Shown in pieces: positions 33,584 through 44,083 of a stretch of DNA of 64,000 nt. The stretch lies in the NCBI GenBank assembly GCA_025558095.1, contig JAIVFI010000043.1, positions 379,877 to 443,876 of the forward strand, written 5' to 3'. Within the stretch, counting starts at the first letter, position 1, and each line of letters begins with the position of its first letter. The translations under genes and the position numbers were made by a program. This DNA is from Hyaloraphidium curvatum SAG 235-1 (lineage: Eukaryota; Fungi; Monoblepharomycota). The notes beneath the pieces were generated by a model. That model saw only the letters and a list, made by a program, of their open reading frames with translations. It was not told the origin of the DNA and ran no database searches.

Positions 33584-34998
33584 TCACGAGTCCGAGACGG
33601 AGCTGATGACCCCGCCGGAGCACGAGAAGGACGACACCTGGGTGCTGCTCCCCGCGCCCGCGAACGCCGGGTTGGACCACTGCGGCGCAAAAGTCAGCCC
33701 CGTCCTCCCGCGCATCGGCGGGCGACCCACCCCAAAGTACACCCATCCGTTGAACTGCTGGTTGTTGCACGTGACATACAGCCTGAGCAGCCTCCCCCTC
33801 AGCGATGCCTGGAACCACGTCGGGGCGTGCGTCGAGCCCTGCGCCTCGGTGTTGCAGTTGCGCCGCTGCAGCACGTCCACGCCCTGCCGCGTGGCGTAAA
33901 AGTTCATCTCCGGTGCCTGCGACGAGTACTGAGAGGGCTGGCCCGCGGGGACGGTGTACAGGGAGGTGATCGGGGAGCTGGCGAACTGGTTGGTGTTGTT
34001 GTTCCAGATCTGGAACATGCCGTTGGAGTTGCAGGCCTGCCAGTTGTTGCCCGGGCTCATGGCGGTGCCGTTGGCAAAGGCAAGGTTGGCGATCGGGGTG
34101 TCGCAGCCGGTGCCGGAGAGGAAGGGGATGACGCGGGAGGGGGACGAGCCGGTCGGGACGGCGACGAAGCTCGGGCATTCGCGGCCGATAAGGGCCTGCC
34201 GGATGGGATCGGAGGCGGGGGCCGCGGCGGTCGTGGTGGTGGGGACGGGGGTCGTCGTGGTACGGGCCGCCGTGGTCGTGGAAGGTGCCGCCGTCGATGT
34301 GCGCACATCCGGGGACGGGAGCGGCGGGGGCGGAGGGGGCGAAGGTGGGGATGGCGGCGGCGGGGCGACCCCGGCAGGGAGGCAGCGGCACTGGAATGGC
34401 GACGGCTGGTCAGCTTTCGAGCTGCCTATGGAGGCAATCGGTGTCTCACGTTGCCGGACGAGTAATCCGGGTAGAACCCGCCGACCTGGCGCCGCAGCAG
34501 CACGTGGCGCTTGCTTCCCGCGTCGCCGTGCGGCTCGACCTCGACGTAGTACCGCGAAGTGCCGCCCTCCTGGTCGGCGAACACGCCGTGCTCGTCGGCG
34601 CCGGCGGGGGAGACGGAGATGTCGGGCAGCGCGGACCACGCGTTGCGGTAGTCGACGCAGAAGCGCACGCCGTCTGCGGTCTCGCCGGGCGCCAGGCTGC
34701 GGGTGCCCTCCACCAAAATGGAGGCGCCCTCTGCGGAGAAGGCGGCCCCGGAGGAGGACGAGAGGGCGGCGCCGTCCAGCTTGAGGCTGCCGCGCCACAC
34801 GCCGGCGACCATCCCGGCGGGGTTCGTCACGCGCAGCTCGGCGCACTGCCGCCACCGCGAGCCCGGCGCCGGCGTCGGCCCGGAGGTCTTGACGATCTCC
34901 ACCGCGGCCGGCCAGCTCGGCGACGCCGCGCCGGCATCGCCCGCCGCCGCGGCACACAGCAGGGCGAGCAGCGCCGCGCACGATGTGCGCTGCGGCAT
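33584..34998 (-). CDS. Secreted protein: CBM2-like N-terminal domain, Pro/Thr linker, unknown C-terminal domain shared with 49500-52016
   Basis: Signal peptide; CAELRVTN..W..SLAPGET..VRFC resembles CBM2; one intron near 34391-34449; LQRRNCNTEAQGSTHAP motif. Confidence 0.75.
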
Positions 34999-35721
34999 CG
35001 TTGCGATGTGAGAAATCGCTGCTAGGGACCCGAACTTGGGTTGGTCGCCCGTTGCACGTTGAATCCCTGGCCTGGATCGGCCGTCGAAGGGACCGCCCTG
35101 ACGAACACCTTCTACGGACACGCGAGATACGGAAAAACCGAGTCAGCGGGCGCGCCACCGTCGTCAGACCCGGCGCGTCAATGTTTTGGACCCCGATTGC
35201 ACTGCTCTGCGGACGGGCGCGGCCCGGGAACGCCTCCCGATCGGTCCGCCTCCTCTATCCCATCGCACCCTTCTCCGGGCCAATCCAAGGTTCGGCGCGA
35301 TCATTCCGGCCGGGAACTCCGATTCTCCGATATCTCCCACCACTTTCGATCGCAGGCCGAGCACCACAGCCTTCTGCGGGCCCAGCGACCGCTCGGATCC
35401 AGCGTTTCCGCAGTCCCTGCTCCAGCCGGGAGGGTCCGAAGACGGACAACCGCCCGGGGGAAAGCCCATGCGGCCGGAACGGGAGACGGGTTTCGTGCCA
35501 CGGGACCGCGGACGGCCGAAGCGCAACTCGCTTTTCGAGCGTTTCTCGCGCGGGATGGAGCGTTCCGGAGGTTGCTGGGACCGGTTGGGCACGGCTGTCT
35601 TGGTTTCAGACAACCGGTCCGGGGTGGCTCCGGGTCGAGCAGCAGGGGTCGTTTCGCATCTGAATCATTGTCGGCTTCCCTGCCGGGTACCTTCGAAGCC
35701 TGCAAGGAGTCGCGCTTGTAA

Positions 35722-35751
35722 CCATAGTCCTTATGCCCATAGTCCTTATGC
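35722..35751. repeat. 15-bp tandem duplication, intergenic
   Basis: ccatagtccttatgc x2. Confidence 0.8.
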
Positions 35752-36113
35752 CGCGTCCACCCACTCGGCCGGAGATTCGGACTGCGCCTGCCAGGCGGCG
35801 GCGCAGTGCGGGCCTTCCGGGTCAATCGGGGGGATCCTGCCCTGTTTCTGCACCTTAGACGCGGGGCGGCCTTTCTAGCGAAGGTCGGGGTCGCGCTTCC
35901 CCAGCGTGTCTCCGCAGAGTCTGACGAGATCCAATCCAGCAACGTGCCGGACGGTAGGGCTCCGGCGACGTCCACGCCGAGGCCCTTGATCGAGGAAGTC
36001 ATAAGGTGCTGTCTTTGATCGTGAGCGATAGAGATCTGATCCGTTGAAGCACGACGACTGGACCCTTCCAGACGGACCCTGACATCCCGAACTCACACTC
36101 TTCCCGCCAGAGG

Positions 36114-37046
36114 ATGAGCCTGCACGAGGAGAACCCGCTGCCCAGCTGGCGGGACGGCCCGCGCCGCCGCGCCCTGCTCGACTTTGTGGCGGCCGTGACG
36201 GCTGAGGGCGGCCCGGAGTTCGTGCCGCCGGCCGGGCGCATCGCCGTCTTTGACAACGACGGCACGCTGTGGGTCGAGCAGCCATACTACGTGCAGCTCG
36301 CCTTCATCCTGGACCGCATCCGCGCGCTCGCCCCCGCGAATCCGGGCTGGCGGGAGGACGCCGTGTTCCGCGCCGCCGTCGCGGGGGACAAAGCCGCGCT
36401 CGCCGCCGCCGGCACGGCCGGGCTGCTGAAGCTGGCCGGCGCCGCCATGGCCGGCATGTCGCCCGAAGATTTCCAGGATCTCGCCGCGGGGTGGCTCGGC
36501 GAGGCGCGGAATGCTCGCTGGGGACGCCCCCACACGGCCCTCGTCTACCAGCCGATGCTCGAGCTGCTCGCCCACCTGCGCGCCAGCGGCTTCACCTGCT
36601 TCATCGTTTCGGGCGGCGGCGTGGAATTTGTGCGCGCCTTTTCCGAGGAAACCTACGGCATCCCCCCGCACCGCGTGGTCGGCTCCAGCTTCGCGCTCAC
36701 CCCGGGCGAGGCCGACGGCCGCATCGCCCTCACCCGCGAGCCCAAGGTGGATTTCATCGACGACGGCCCCGGCAAGCCCGTCGGGATCGCCCGCCACATC
36801 GGCGCCCGCCCCATCGCCGCCTTCGGCAACTCGGACGGCGACTTTGAGATGCTGCGGTACGCGACCGAGGGCGGCGGCAGGCGACTGGGGATGATCGTGC
36901 GGCACGACGATGCGGAGCGGGAGTACGCATACGACCGGCAGACCCACGTGGGACGGCTGGCGCGCGCGCTCGACGAGGCACCCGCGCGGGGCTGGGAGGT
37001 TGTCTCCATGCGCGAGGATTGGGTGCGGATATTCTCTGCCGATTGA
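36114..37046 (+). CDS. HAD-superfamily hydrolase (bacterial nonspecific acid phosphatase-like), intronless
   Basis: AVFDNDGTLWVEQP, IVSGGG, GKPVGI, FGNSDGDFEML, HDDAEREYAYD. Confidence 0.9.
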   Translation: MSLHEENPLPSWRDGPRRRALLDFVAAVTAEGGPEFVPPAGRIAVFDNDGTLWVEQPYYVQLAFILDRIRALAPANPGWREDAVFRAAVAGDKAALAAAGTAGLLKLAGAAMAGMSPEDFQDLAAGWLGEARNARWGRPHTALVYQPMLELLAHLRASGFTCFIVSGGGVEFVRAFSEETYGIPPHRVVGSSFALTPGEADGRIALTREPKVDFIDDGPGKPVGIARHIGARPIAAFGNSDGDFEMLRYATEGGGRRLGMIVRHDDAEREYAYDRQTHVGRLARALDEAPARGWEVVSMREDWVRIFSAD

Positions 37047-37652
37047 GAGCACAGACGGGGGGCTTCGCGGATGAAGGAGCTTCAGCAGCCCCGCGGGCAA
37101 ATGGCGAACTCGCGGAATCAGGCCGGCCGAGATTTTAGGTGTTGGCCCGGGATGGAGCTCGACTGGCTCACTCCGTCTATTCTATTGTTGACAGGAATGA
37201 TGAGTTGATGAGTACAAAGTCCGGCCGCCCCTAGTTTCCCCTGCGCCAGGTCCCTCTGACGTCACCCCGTACGGAACGTCCCGTCGTCATTGCGGGCGAA
37301 GGCCGGATCTGGAGGAAGGGGTTCCGAAAGACTTATACGACCCAGGGAGAGCGCTCCGCCGGCCCAGCTTCGCCTCGCTCGCCACACTTGGCGCTTGCGG
37401 GACTCACTCGATTCTGCCGTGGACCCTTCGCGTCTCCGATCCCAACTTGGCGCGAAATCCCGGATTGGTTCCTGTCAAGATCCAAGTGTGACCGGGAGAG
37501 CCGGGGCGTAATTTTGCGCACGATTGCACTGTCGCGGGAGGGACTCCGTGCCGCAGGGACTTGGGGCATGGGTCGCGCCGGAGGGCTGGTGGTTGAGCAC
37601 GTCGGTGCGGAGAAACTTCGAAACCGCCCCACTGTTTGGCCTCGTCAGCACA

Positions 37653-38915
37653 ATGAAGAGATCGGCCGGGCTCACGACCGCCGCCACTTTTGCCATCGCC
37701 GTAGCGCTCTTGCTGGCAACGCTGGTGCGGCCGGAGGCCGCCGCTGCGAGGTGAAATCCCGTCCCCTCCTTGGCACCGCCCCGGCGCTGAGGGACCTCGG
37801 CCAACCCCCTCGTATCGGCCCCTAGCCCCATTTCCTAGTAAGTTTCTCACGAGGAGCCGGCTCCGTGCTGGGAAGGCGAGCAGCCGGGCATCGACCACAC
37901 GGTGTTCAGGCGCTCCTGCGGCGAATGCGGGGAGGATGACTACTGGTGGGGACCCCCGCTATCCCTCTTGCGGTCCCGCTGACCCCCCTGCCGCTCGGCA
38001 ACATCGACGTACCAAGGGGCATCTGCCTCGACTCGGCCGGGAACGTGTTCTTTACTCAGACCTCGAACTCGGCCGTGCGCAAGGTCAACATCGCCACGAA
38101 CATCATAACCACCGTGGCGGGCAATGGCACGTCGGGATACTCGGGCGACAATGGCCAGGCCACAGCGGAAAAGCTCAACAACCCCGTGGCCTGTGCCTTT
38201 GACGCCTCCGGCAATCTGCTGGTAGCCGATCAAAGCAATAACCGCGTGCGCAAGATCGACATGACCACTGGGGTGATCACCACTTTTGCTGGCAACGGGG
38301 GCACCGGCGTATCCGGAGACAACGGCGCACCGACGTCCGCAACGCTCGAGACCCCGTGGGGTATTGTCGTGGGCTCCGACGGCGCCGTCTACATCGCGCA
38401 GAACCTCCAGAAGACGATCCGCAAGGTGCACAACAACGTCATCACCACCGTCGCCACGTACGCAAGCTACTCAGCGACCTTCATGGCACGTTACGACGAC
38501 AACAACCTGCTGGTTTCGACAGCTTCATCCGGACACAGGGTTCTCCTCCAGCCCGTCAGCGGCGCGACTGCATCCGTGTTCATCGGGGACGGCACGAACG
38601 CGAACACTGGTGACAACGGTGCCGCGACCTCAGCGCAGATCGCCGGCCCCCAGGGGCTGGCCAGGGACCCGGACGGAAACACCTTCATCGCATCCAACTT
38701 CGGCAGGATGGTCAGGGTCGTCTCGTCTAGCGGAACCGTCACCACTCTGGCTGGCAACGGGACGTCGGGGTACGGGGGCGACGGCCAGCCGGCTTCGAAC
38801 ACGATCACGACCTTTGGAAACTTGTGGGGCCTTGCATACGACTCCACGAGTGAGGCGCCTCTACATCGCGGACGCAAACTGGAGGATTCGGATGATCCAG
38901 TTCTCGTGGTCATGA
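37653..38915 (+). pseudogene. Secreted NHL-repeat beta-propeller protein with apparent reading-frame lesions
   Basis: Signal-peptide exon; repeats ITTVAGNGTSGYSGDNGQAT..LNNP; last repeat continues RRLYIADANWRIRMI in another frame after about 38850; 5' splicing does not resolve cleanly. Confidence 0.65.
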
Positions 38916-39056
38916 CCTGGGGTGGGGTCCGTGGGTGCCATTCGGTCTAAAACATGTAACTCCAAACCAAGCAGGCAACATAGATATCACAAGTGCAACA
39001 AACGGCTGATCGGAAGCTGTTGCATCCTAGCAGCAGGAGCCGGGATTCATTCTCCC

Positions 39057-39633
39057 CTACTTCTCCGCGCCTTGGAAGGTCGGCGCCTGCATCCCCCCGC
39101 CGAGCCCGTTGGCCGTCTTGTTGTCCAGCATGATTTTGAGCGGAGAGTTGATGTTGTACCGCAGCTCGTTCCAGATCCTGCCGGGGGTTGGGTCGGCATG
39201 CGGTCCCTGGCCCCTGCCGGGCGACCCACTTCCGGGACAGCGTCGGCGGCCGCTCCGCCTTCTCCCTAGCCCGCTCCGCCAGCTCCGTCCCCGACATCTC
39301 CACCGCCCCGTTCTTGGGCTGCCCGGCGCGCAGCAGGCTCCGCACCGTCGACGCGCTCGATTTGACCGAGGCCGCGTCCCCGGTGGCCTTCCGCTCTGGC
39401 GCCGTCTTCAGCTGCTCCTTCAACGCCCCCGCGACGTCCCCGGAGGCAGCGACACCGGGCCGCAGTTCTGCCTTGCCGAGGTTCACCTTGCGCTGCGCGG
39501 CCTCGGCGACGGTGCCGGCAAAGTCCGCGAGGAAGTCGTCGAATGTCTCGGCGGGCCGGACGGCCGGCGGGCGGACGACGGTGCTGCCCGTGGTCTCGCG
39601 CCGCTGCGGTGTGTCAACCCGGTCGCCGGCCAT
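39057..39633 (-). CDS. Small orphan protein, paralog of 28042-28676 (2 exons)
   Basis: Exon 2 IWNELRYNINSPLKIMLDNKTANGLGGGMQAPTFQ matches the paralog. Confidence 0.7.
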
Positions 39634-39804
39634 GGGATTTGGAGGGATAGGAACGCGTCGGCGCGCGGGAACGTGCGCGAGGATTCGAAAGTTCGGAGGT
39701 CGTCGGTCTGGGCTGAACCTATTCTTCCGATCTACCGATCGAGGAACGGCCACCAAAGGCTTCGCCGCGATGCGACTGCGACTCATTGGATGGCTCCGGG
39801 CCAA

Positions 39805-41259
39805 TCACCACCTCATCCTACCGCCCCCACCAAAGAGCCCCTTGACCTTCCCGAACGCCCCCTTGATCGAGTTCCCGGCGCTTTCAAGCGCCCCCTTGAC
39901 CTTCTTGCCCGCGCCCTCCAATGCGGCCTTGGCCTTGCCCCCGGCCTTGCCCGCGGCCCCCTTGATCCCCTTCCCCAGCTCCTTCGCGTCCTCCTTGAGC
40001 CCCTCCCTGATCGGTATCGCCCAGTCGAACGGTATCTGCAGGTCATCGTCGAACCCGTTCGCCCCGCCCAGGGTGCCGCCGCCGACCCTGCGCACGCAGT
40101 CTTTGCGCGCCGTCTCGACCTCCTCAGCCGGCGCGATGCCCGAGAGGCACTGGTCTCGTTCCGCACCGGAAAAGGCCTGCTCGACGGTGCCGCCGTTCTG
40201 CTCCGCACCGCCGTTGGCCAGCACCGCGGCGTCGTCGAACGAGAACCACTTCTTGATGATGGCGTCGGCCTCCCTCTGTGCGGCCTTGCTCCGGCCCGAG
40301 GATTTCACCGACCTCGCGCGGAGGAAGCCAGCCCACATGTCGCGCATTGCGTCCCGCGCCGCTGCCGCCTCGGGCTTCACATTGCCGGCACCGAAATCCG
40401 TCGCCACGTCCATCGCCGACGGGTCGAGCCAGATCACGTCTCCATGATCGTTTTTGACGGGCGGGCGGTGCGTGTGCTGCGCGCTGTCCTGGGTGCAGAG
40501 GTAGCTCTTGATCCCCAGCACGGTGCGGAAGCCGTCCGAGGCATCGCGGATGCCATGTTCAGTGGAGAACGAGTCCTGCAGCAGGTGCGCCGCGCGGCCG
40601 AGGAGGAAGAAGGGGCGTAGGGCGGTTCGCCGCACCGAGGCTGCGCCGCCGTCCCAGAAGTCGATAGGGGTGGCCTTGGCGGTCGCCGCGGCAAGGAAGG
40701 CGAGCTTGAACCGCAGCCGCACGGCACGGAGGGCCTTGAGAGCACCTTTTCCACCAACGTCGTCGGCTTGGCGCAGGAAATGGCTGTACTGCACGTGGGC
40801 CTGGCTCTGTGTAATGCTGTCCCAGCACACTTTGCCTCGCGGCCTGACGATGGAGAACCCCCCGATGTCGACCCATCGCTGGCCCATGACCGCCGACCAA
40901 ACGGAAAAGTACTTTGCCCCGAAGGTTTGCAGCCCCAGTTTCCCCTGCGGGTCCCGCAGCATCGCCGCCTGCGCGTCCGTGATTTGCTGCCCCTCGCCCG
41001 GGTCCTCGGGCGGCGCCTCGGCGTCCAGCACGTCCGCGAGGCCCTGCAGCGCCGGCAGCCCCGCGTCGCCGGCGACTATCGAGTACGGCTCGCCGAGGAG
41101 GTCGAGCGCGGACGCCGCAGTGAGCCATTCGTGGCCGAGGGGCGTAATCGGAGAGCTCTGCGAGAACGCGAGCGCCGGCCGCGGGGCGCGTGCGGCAACG
41201 ACGGCGAGGAGAAAGACGGAGAGGGCGAGGGCTCGCCGGACGCGCCGTCGACGCGCCAT
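39805..41259 (-). CDS. Secreted putative zinc-dependent phospholipase C/P1-nuclease-fold protein with Lys/Ala/Gly-repeat tail, intronless
   Basis: Signal peptide, then FSQ..GHEWLT, RWVD, HF, GRAAHLLQDSFSTEH, HTH..D; LEA-like C-terminal repeats. Confidence 0.6.
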   Translation of the reverse strand: MARRRRVRRALALSVFLLAVVAARAPRPALAFSQSSPITPLGHEWLTAASALDLLGEPYSIVAGDAGLPALQGLADVLDAEAPPEDPGEGQQITDAQAAMLRDPQGKLGLQTFGAKYFSVWSAVMGQRWVDIGGFSIVRPRGKVCWDSITQSQAHVQYSHFLRQADDVGGKGALKALRAVRLRFKLAFLAAATAKATPIDFWDGGAASVRRTALRPFFLLGRAAHLLQDSFSTEHGIRDASDGFRTVLGIKSYLCTQDSAQHTHRPPVKNDHGDVIWLDPSAMDVATDFGAGNVKPEAAAARDAMRDMWAGFLRARSVKSSGRSKAAQREADAIIKKWFSFDDAAVLANGGAEQNGGTVEQAFSGAERDQCLSGIAPAEEVETARKDCVRRVGGGTLGGANGFDDDLQIPFDWAIPIREGLKEDAKELGKGIKGAAGKAGGKAKAALEGAGKKVKGALESAGNSIKGAFGKVKGLFGGGGRMRW

Positions 41260-41746
41260 GCCGGCGGGAACGAGAAGCGATGGGTGTTCAGGCGGTGGAC
41301 CCGCCGATGCCCCACCACCATCGATCGCCGACAGCACATCTCGCAGCCAGGCCCCTGGGAACCGCAAGAGATCAGCGTCACAATAAAGCCAGCCCGCTAT
41401 TAGCGTATCCTTGTGCCCGTGTTCCCTGTGTCTCGGTCCCCCATTATACCGCGAGTGCTGTGGGCCCTTCTCGCAGCCTCTACGGGAAGAACACGGTCCT
41501 GAAGGTCGCGGCTGGTCTCACGGCAGCATCGACGTCGTCTGCAGTCCCGCAGTATATGCCGGTGGCAAGGTGGGAGACGTCCGGGAACTGGTCGGAGCGG
41601 CATAGCCATGTTCTCCCAGGAGGGTCCGGACCAAGGCCTTCAGCCTTTCGGGATATCTTGCCGGCCGGTACCAACCGCGGAAGCCCTGGGCCGCCAAGAT
41701 TACCGCTTATCGGAGCGGCCGGCTGCCTCGGGAGCGCGGGGGGTTC

Positions 41747-43085
41747 ATGAGCCTCCCCGCCCCGCAAACCCCTCGCACCCCGGGATCCCCTTGGCCGGTG
41801 GATGCCACGGCGGCCACCTGGCCGGGCTCGCCACCGCCGACTGATCCTGCAGCAGATGGCCACGCGCGGCGCAAGCTGTACCGCGTGCTCAACAGGCTTG
41901 GCGCCGGGGCCCAGGGCGGTGTCCGGCTGGCCGTCGGGCCGGCAGGCCTGTGCGCCATCAAGACTTTGGAAGCACCCGCCGGCGACGCGAGAGCGGCCGA
42001 GACAGTGCGGAGGATGAAAGCCGTGTGGAATATCGTGCCGGAGCATCCGCACATCGTGCGGCTCCTGGATTGCTTTCGGACACGGAGCAAGGTCTATTTC
42101 GTCAACGAGTTCTGCGCGGGAGGAGTGGGTCTTCCAGCCGAGGCTGCAAACCGGGCATTCCCGCTGACTGATGCTCATTCGCCACCTCCACAGGACCTTG
42201 CCAAGTACCTCTCGCAGCACGGCAGCCGGATCGACGAGGACGGAGCCCGCGAGATCTCCCGCTCCCTGCTCTCGGCGCTCGAGTGGCTCCACTCGCGCTC
42301 CATCGTCCACCGGGACGTGAAGCCGGCCAACGTGCTTCTGCGGGACGCGTCGCGGCCGGCCGAGACGCTCTGCCTCGCGGATTTCGGGAGCTGCTTCGTG
42401 GAGAACCCGGAGCGGGACGTGGAAGAGGGGCAGGGTCCAGAGACGCCGGCGACGGTCTTTTCGGGTTTCCGCTCCGTCTTCGACGGCCCGCGTGCTGGCT
42501 CCAGCACGAGCATGGATGCGATGCAGAGCCTCGCAGGTGAATCGATGATATGGCTCTGTTCCGCGCCTTCTCTCATTCCAATCCCCGCCTTCAGGCACAC
42601 CCTTCTACCTCGCCCCCGAGCTGGTCCGCGGCATTCCCTACGGCCCTGGGGTCGACCTCTGGTCCTTCGGCTGCATCTTCTACGAGCTCCTCTTTGGCAC
42701 GCGTCCTTTTTCCCTCACGGGCTCGTTCGAGGACCTCTACGGCGGCATCCTGCGCGCCGAGTACCGCGTGCCCGACGACAGCGCGGCATCCACGTCCGCA
42801 CTGGAGTTTCTCGCTTCTCTGCTCACGGCCGAACCCGCCGCGCGGCTCTCGGCGTCGGATGCCCTGCGATGCCCGTGGATGCTTGCCCGCACTGCATCGC
42901 TCTGCGCCCCGAGGCCGCGGGACGACGGCGGTGGCTACGAGGTTTTGTTGAACGAGATGGGGGAGCTCGTGCTGGCGGATCTGGACGCGGCGGACGACAG
43001 CGGGCTGTTGCCAACGTGGACGGCGGTGGACGGGACGGCGAAGCCGGGGAAGGCGTCCGCAGGGGGCAGCCTGCCCACAAACTGA
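41747..43085 (+). CDS. Ser/Thr protein kinase (CAMK-like), paralog 4 of 4
   Basis: GAGAQGGV, CAIK, HRDVKPAN, DFG, APE; same introns; closest to paralog 1. Confidence 0.9.
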
Positions 43086-43458
43086 ACTTGGGTGGAGACT
43101 TTGACATCCGGATGCTGAATGGGTCCCGACGAGTTGGGCTTGTTGGAGCCTTCAAGTATGATTCTTGGTACTGCATGACGTTTTCCCTTGCAATCGCCCC
43201 CTCCCGTCCCGTCCTCCCACCACCTCTTGGCCTCGGTAGTGATCGTCTTGAACGAGATCACCTGCATCGTCTCGGTCGTCTTTACCGTGTCGGATCCCGC
43301 TTTGGGCTGTGCGCGATTCTTTGCGATGAGAACGCCCCCCACGTGAGCCCATCGGAACCTGTCGGACCCCCTTACCGCGACAACTGCTATGGTCGAGAAG
43401 AATTGGACGATCATTCCTCGTTGCACCGCTCATTGTTCGCGGTCCACTCCATGTACAG

Positions 43459-43930
43459 TCATGGACCGAAGTCGTACTTCCCCTCGAGGTGCCCCGTTAC
43501 CCGCGCCAGCAGCCCCGCCGCCACAGCGGCATGACACTGCGTCGCCAGGTGGTTCTCATCCCACAGGTACCTCGCCCACGGATCCCCGCACAGCGGATCC
43601 TCGGGCTTCCTTTGCATAGACGTGCACCGCTCCTTCCCCGTGGCACCGAACGGGGCGCAGCCCGCGTCCATCCGGTGGAAAACGATCTCGGACCCCGGGA
43701 ACAACGGGCGGAGGGAGTGCAGAGCTGCGGGAAGCAAGGAGTCGTGCAGCTTGATGGCGGCGACCTGCGAGTGGCCAGCGAGCCCGCGGGCGGGTCCTGG
43801 GGCGGGGGGTACCCGGCAAAGGGCGCAAAGTCGGTGGTGACGACGAGGATGCGGCACGAGAGGAGGGATATGAGGGAGGGAAGGACGGCGTCGCGGAGGT
43901 GCGCGACGTTGGACTCGACGGAGAACGGGG
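43459..43930 (-). pseudogene. C-terminal remnant of a GDSL/SGNH lipase-esterase
   Basis: C.DP.ARYLWDENHLATQCHAAVA resembles GDSL block V (DxxH); upstream part is in a different frame; no GDS block I seen. Confidence 0.5.
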
Positions 43931-44083
43931 AGGGGTGTCGGGCGGCAGAGTCGGGGGGAGAGGGTTCGGCGCCGCAGGGTAGTTCGGCTGAGCGCGGCGG
44001 CGGCGACACCTGCTTTCGCCGCCTGGCCGCTCGGCCTCCGACGCCCGGAGTCCCCGCGAGGGCGTGCCGCGGGCGGCGGCTCG

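Noticed and set aside
34999-36113. Several 130-230 aa ORFs in the intergenic gap
   Set aside because: No motifs or coding-like composition; likely a divergent promoter region
41747-43534. 595-aa kinase ORF as a single exon
   Set aside because: Reads through introns; paralog comparison shows the true C-terminus ends at 43085
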